From the NCBI GenBank assembly GCA_043812915.1, contig JBDRLQ010000026.1, forward strand, positions 1 to 30,169: a stretch of 30,169 bases of DNA. The letters run 5' to 3'. This document shows positions 26,151-30,169 of this stretch, piece by piece (the stretch's first letter is position 1; the number at the start of each line of letters is the position of its first letter). A program made the translations under genes and the position numbers. This DNA comes from Candidatus Micrarchaeota archaeon. GTDB lineage: Archaea > Micrarchaeota > Micrarchaeia > Anstonellales > Bilamarchaeaceae. The notes below the pieces were generated by a model that was not told the origin of the DNA, made no database searches, and saw nothing but the letters and a program-made list of their open reading frames with translations.

Positions 26151-27433
26151 TATTGATGAGCAACAATGCAGTTAGCATGCCGATAAAGCTGAAAGAGAGA
26201 GTGCTGCCAGGCAGGCAGCAGGGCGTCAAGTTCCATGAGAACAAGCGATTCTTAGGCATTGGAAAAGGAAGCTTGTACAAGGAGACCATGGCGGCAAGGG
26301 CGTTCGTTGATGCCAACAGAAATGAACGGCCATTCCAGGACCGGGAGGGCTATGTTGAGGACCTCGCGGATAGGGTACAGGAAAGAGCCAGGAACAGGCA
26401 GGCGAAAGTCAGGGAGAAGACTGGCATCGAGCTGAACATGGATAATCTTGTTCTGGAGGAGATAGTCTCGATGTGTACCCCTCACCCGGTTGTGCTGGTC
26501 CAGAATTATACGGCAGGCGGGGTTGACAGAACCGAAGATGAAAGGCTGTTCCTTGAGAACAGCTATACACTTCCACCGGCTGAGGATCCCCCGACCGCAG
26601 GCAGCATACTGACACAGCAGGAGCAGAGATATGGCGGCATCGTGACCATGAGCGGAGATGAGACGATATGCCTTGTTGAAAGGGTTGAGGCGTACATAGT
26701 TGCCATCGCGCTTCTGCGCAAATTCGACTTTCAGGCGAATCTGGCGAACCTAATTGACAATAGCGGCGTGAAGAAGGGCATCCCGCCAATCCGGAGCCTG
26801 GGAATAGCGATTACCGATGACAGCATCGGAAGCCCTCTCTGCACATTCGCGCTTGAGGAGCACGTGCCCGGATACCCGGGAGTGCATCCCGAGGCGACCG
26901 AGGTGGAGATTCTGAGCGACCAGGCGGTTTACGCAATCACGCTCTGCCTCAAGGCGGAAATCAGGGTAAGGAGCATAATGAATGGAATCGGGAAGCGCCT
27001 TCTCGAAGGCGAGGACAAAGGGCTCACCCCTGATGAGGAGGATGAGGCCATACGCTCGCTCGGGGACTTGTTCGTCGAAGCTGATAATGAATGGCATTTC
27101 TCGCCTGATGTAATCGGCGGGGTGACCGCATTCTACATGAGATTCCATGAGTTCATTGAGGAAGTTTCCAGCCCGAATACCACTATGGATATGATATTCG
27201 CCACCGCCAGGGAAAAGGCGCTTGAGAAGACCATGCTCATTGTCGCAAGGATAAAGGAGCTTGGAGCCCAGCTCAAGGATGAAGGGATAAGAAACCTCGG
27301 AAAAACTATCGAGGTCGAAGTGAACGCCACCCACCAGGACGCAATATTGATGGGGAATCGCAGGCTGGATGAGATGCGCGCACAGCAGGCCATGATTGAA
27401 CAGATGATGAGGGAACGGGGCCTGTCGCGCTAA
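26147..27433 (+). CDS. Hypothetical protein, paralogue of the upstream gene
   Basis: 428-aa ORF with GTGA overlap (ATG alternatives just downstream). Shared motifs AG.ILTQ.E, A...LR....A and E.L.D.AV. Confidence 0.8.
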   Translation: MILMSNNAVSMPIKLKERVLPGRQQGVKFHENKRFLGIGKGSLYKETMAARAFVDANRNERPFQDREGYVEDLADRVQERARNRQAKVREKTGIELNMDNLVLEEIVSMCTPHPVVLVQNYTAGGVDRTEDERLFLENSYTLPPAEDPPTAGSILTQQEQRYGGIVTMSGDETICLVERVEAYIVAIALLRKFDFQANLANLIDNSGVKKGIPPIRSLGIAITDDSIGSPLCTFALEEHVPGYPGVHPEATEVEILSDQAVYAITLCLKAEIRVRSIMNGIGKRLLEGEDKGLTPDEEDEAIRSLGDLFVEADNEWHFSPDVIGGVTAFYMRFHEFIEEVSSPNTTMDMIFATAREKALEKTMLIVARIKELGAQLKDEGIRNLGKTIEVEVNATHQDAILMGNRRLDEMRAQQAMIEQMMRERGLSR

Positions 27434-27445
27434 TAGAAAAAGAAT

Positions 27446-27545
27446 CGAGCCCGAGGGGATTCGAACCCCCAACCTAGTGGTTTCCCCAGCAATCCGGAGA
27501 AGGCTTCCGAAGCCACTTGCCCTATCCAGGTTAGGCCACGGGCCC
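27446..27545 (-). tRNA. tRNA-Arg(TCG) with a 25-nt intron at 37/38 (27482-27506)
   Basis: Reverse complement: GGGCCCG/CGGGCTC plus discriminator G; anticodon stem AGTGG/CCACT with CT-TCG-G; T loop TTCGAAT. Canonical BHB (CUUC/GGGG helix, GGA and AAA bulges, AGC/GCU). No encoded CCA. Confidence 0.93.
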
Positions 27546-27552
27546 GTGAACA

Positions 27553-28449
27553 CTATCTTGTCAGAACTTCACAGCCATCATCAGTTATGAGTATCGTATG
27601 CTCGGCCTGTGAAATCATTCCCTTTTTGACTTCCCTGAGTACGGGATATCCGCGGAGAACATGGTGCTGCAAGAGCTCCTTTATAGCTGCGCTGACCAGC
27701 AGCCTTGACTTGAACTCCTTCCTAAGCCAGCGCTCGGCAAATGGAAGCATGCCATAATTCTCAAGCACGAATTCGATTATCTTCCTTGACTGCCTCATGC
27801 GAACATTGCCAGGTTGGAACACGCTGAATATCTCCACCTGCTGCATGTCCTCAACATAGCCCTCCCCATCAGTCGCGAAAGGCTCCACCGCGAATATATC
27901 ATCTGGCTTGAACTGGTATGGGGTGTTGCTGCGGACGTTCGGGATTTCGATTCCGGCATGAAGGGCATTGGATTTTATCATGTGCCCTGTGAGGTTGCTA
28001 ATGGGCCTGAAGCCGTGCTTTGTAATGGCATCCTCTATAACACCGCCTATTTCGCCTACTGAGACCCCTGGCCTGATTGCTGAAATCGCAGCTTCCAGGG
28101 CTTCCTCAGAAGCAGAAACCAGCCCGGAATTGCCGCCACCAAGGTCAATGGTGTATGCAGTATCAGAGAGTGCGCCATCCACATCTATCCCAAGGTCAAT
28201 CTTCACCAGGTCGCTATCCCCCAAAAGTGCCTCGCTGCCAATCTCTGGAGTGTAGTGCGCTGCAATCTCATTGATGGAAACATTCACCGGAAAAGCGGGC
28301 TTTGCGCCTTCCTCTTCTATCATCTGCTCTATGGTCTCTGCAATATCAAGAAGGGACGCGTCTACCATGATAAGCCCCTTGCTCTCCTCGCGAATCTTTG
28401 CCGCAATCTTTCCGGCATTCCTGAATGCCTCTAATTCCTCCTGTTCCAT
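27553..28449 (-). CDS. map: Methionine aminopeptidase type II
   Basis: AFPVNVS.N..AAHYTP, KIDLG, DTA, NLTGH, AVEPFAT, YP.L.E, SQAEHT, plus the type II helical insert. Confidence 0.97.
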   Translation of the reverse strand: MEQEELEAFRNAGKIAAKIREESKGLIMVDASLLDIAETIEQMIEEEGAKPAFPVNVSINEIAAHYTPEIGSEALLGDSDLVKIDLGIDVDGALSDTAYTIDLGGGNSGLVSASEEALEAAISAIRPGVSVGEIGGVIEDAITKHGFRPISNLTGHMIKSNALHAGIEIPNVRSNTPYQFKPDDIFAVEPFATDGEGYVEDMQQVEIFSVFQPGNVRMRQSRKIIEFVLENYGMLPFAERWLRKEFKSRLLVSAAIKELLQHHVLRGYPVLREVKKGMISQAEHTILITDDGCEVLTR

Positions 28450-28549
28450 AGGCTAAAGATTATGAAGAAGAGTTAAAAACATATTCGGAAGGCCGGGGCT
28501 GCATCTATTTTATCGCTTTCCTTCCAATAATAGAAACCAGGTGAAAGCC

Positions 28550-29626
28550 ATGACATTGCTTCTTACGCCCGGACCAGTACCGCTGACTGATAGGATATCC
28601 AAAGCGCAGACAAATGAGATGATTACCCACAGGTGCCCGCAGTTCTCCGAGCTCTATGGGGACCTTGCAGGAAGGCTGAGGGAATACCTGAATGCGGATG
28701 AGGCTTATGTGATAACAGGCTCCGGTGCGCTTGGGCTTGAGACGTTGGTGCTCAACCTCTGCATGAAGGGGGATAAGGTCGTGTGCTTCCCGAATGGGGA
28801 CTTCGGGGAGAAGCTCGTCCTCACAGTGAATGTGCATGCGAAGGCGGATTCCCAGGGGATTGAGGATGGGAAGGGCTGGGACCTTGAGCGCGCGAAAGCG
28901 GCGATAGATACGAGCGATGCGCAGGTGCTCGCGATGGTCCAGAACGAGACCAGCTATGGAATCATGAACCATGTGGATGGCATCTGCAAATACGCCAAAT
29001 CAAAGGGCATGATTACAATCATTGACGGGATATCCGCCTGGCCCGGGACCAAGATGGACATGAAGAAATATTCTATTGATGGTTTTGTGACCGGGAGCCA
29101 GAAGGGAACTGGTGCCCCTCCTGGAATGGCATTGCTAGGACTAAGCCAGGAGGCTGTGGAAAGGTTCTCTTCACGGGAATATGTCCCAAGCTATTACATG
29201 GACCTGCGCAGGCATAAAAAAAGGTTCGAAAAGGACCGCCAGACCCCGAACACGCCCGCGATATCGCTCTTCTATGCATTGCAAAAGGCCTTCGATGCCA
29301 TTGACGAGGGTGGGGGGCTGCAGGCGTGTATAAAGAGGCATGAGGACGCCGCAAGGCATGTGCGCTCCAGGCTGAAGGAGATGGGATTCGGGATGATTGC
29401 GGAAAGGGGCTTCGAATCCAATACGGTCACAGGATTCTATTGTAAGAGCGGGGAGGAGGCTTCAATGATAAGGAAGGGCCTGCTTGAGGAATATGATATC
29501 CGGATTGTGGGCTCCAGAGGGGCATTCAAGGAGACGGGGCTCAGGATAGCGCACATGGGCAACTTCAGGATGGAGGACTTGGACCGCGCGCTCGGCTGCA
29601 TTGACAAGCTGCGGGCCCACGATTAG
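28550..29626 (+). CDS. Class V PLP aminotransferase (alanine-glyoxylate/serine-pyruvate-like)
   Basis: TPGP, HR...F, NG.FG, NETS.G, DGIS, GSQK (PLP lysine), TP.TP, RIAHMG. AGGTGA RBS. Confidence 0.93.
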   Translation: MTLLLTPGPVPLTDRISKAQTNEMITHRCPQFSELYGDLAGRLREYLNADEAYVITGSGALGLETLVLNLCMKGDKVVCFPNGDFGEKLVLTVNVHAKADSQGIEDGKGWDLERAKAAIDTSDAQVLAMVQNETSYGIMNHVDGICKYAKSKGMITIIDGISAWPGTKMDMKKYSIDGFVTGSQKGTGAPPGMALLGLSQEAVERFSSREYVPSYYMDLRRHKKRFEKDRQTPNTPAISLFYALQKAFDAIDEGGGLQACIKRHEDAARHVRSRLKEMGFGMIAERGFESNTVTGFYCKSGEEASMIRKGLLEEYDIRIVGSRGAFKETGLRIAHMGNFRMEDLDRALGCIDKLRAHD

Positions 29627-29731
29627 GCCGGATATCTGCGTTTTCCATCAAATTGCAGGCGTGCCGGAGTTACACTTAAATAGGTATTTGAAGAATAGGG
29701 TAAGCCGAGAAAACAACTTGCAGGTATCGCC

Positions 29732-30169
29732 ATGCGACAGCAAAAATCCTCTGAACTTAACAAACTTGTCTCCCTGACTTTTGACGAAAATCCGGAAGTC
29801 AGGATGAAAGCCGCGGAGTCGCTCAGTGAATATGAGGACCCTGCAGCCCTATTCGCACTAGCCGAGCTGAGCTATGATAAAGAGCCCACAGTAAGAGAAG
29901 CCGCGCAGCGAGTGCTGGAAAAGAAGAAAGGGGGGGACGATAAGGAAGTGATGTCTTTCGCCGAGATATTCGCGCGCAACGACAAGAAGGAGAAGGGTGA
30001 GAAACCGGAAGGGGATGAAGCCCCGAAGGACACTAGGGCCAAGATGCTCCGCCCAATCACCAAGATTTTCGAGAAGCACTACGGCAAGGAGAAGGCGGAG
30101 CTCATGAAGTCGAAGATGATGCCTTCCATAGAGAAGATTTACCTGGACCACACCACCCCGAAGGCCAGC
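29732..30169 (+). CDS. HEAT-repeat protein, 3'-partial (absent from the ORF track)
   Basis: Manual translation: MRQQKSSELNKLVSLTFDENPEVRMKAAESLSEYEDPAALFALAELSYDKEPTVREAAQRVL..., with two D..P.VR..AA repeats. Open to the window end. Confidence 0.85.
   Translation, partial: MRQQKSSELNKLVSLTFDENPEVRMKAAESLSEYEDPAALFALAELSYDKEPTVREAAQRVLEKKKGGDDKEVMSFAEIFARNDKKEKGEKPEGDEAPKDTRAKMLRPITKIFEKHYGKEKAELMKSKMMPSIEKIYLDHTTPKAS

Noticed and set aside
24600..27545. Genomic island integrated at tRNA-Arg
   Set aside because: No duplicated tRNA 3' end (att site) was found near 24600-24750, there is no integrase, and base composition looks host-like.
29858..30151. Minus-strand ORFs at the window end
   Set aside because: They are antisense to the HEAT-repeat gene on the + strand.
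1..30169. CRISPR array, cas genes, transposases, inteins, alternative genetic code
   Set aside because: No regularly spaced repeats or such motifs were seen. Conserved genes have normal lengths and end at all three standard stop codons.

Overview
Archaeal chromosomal segment of mostly housekeeping genes: SRP54, thermosome, phosphohexomutase, rpl21e-rpoF-DUF655, TBP, eS26, an XPD/RFC-L/Hef repair cluster, 2-oxoacid:ferredoxin oxidoreductase alpha/beta, type II MetAP and a class V aminotransferase. The gene set and lineage-specific orphans suggest a DPANN/Micrarchaeota-like host, but that is inference. Three RNA genes are not covered by the ORF track: a compact (~223 nt) type-M-like RNase P RNA and two intron-containing tRNAs, Val(TAC) and Arg(TCG). 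The most unusual elements are: (1) a full-length glutamine synthetase homologue that has lost most catalytic and metal-binding residues; (2) a GlnD/GlnE/DUF294-like nucleotidyltransferase with an altered DxD motif; (3) a single-motif LAGLIDADG ORF running antisense through tRNA-Val and its intron; (4) a 68-nt perfect nucleotide repeat between the two halves of TBP; (5) an ACT regulator/AblB-like GNAT/M20 module; (6) a tandem pair of divergent paralogues resembling inactive transglutaminase folds; (7) a doubly frameshifted membrane-protein gene. No CRISPR array, integrase or transposase was seen. All assignments come from motif recognition by eye, not database searches.
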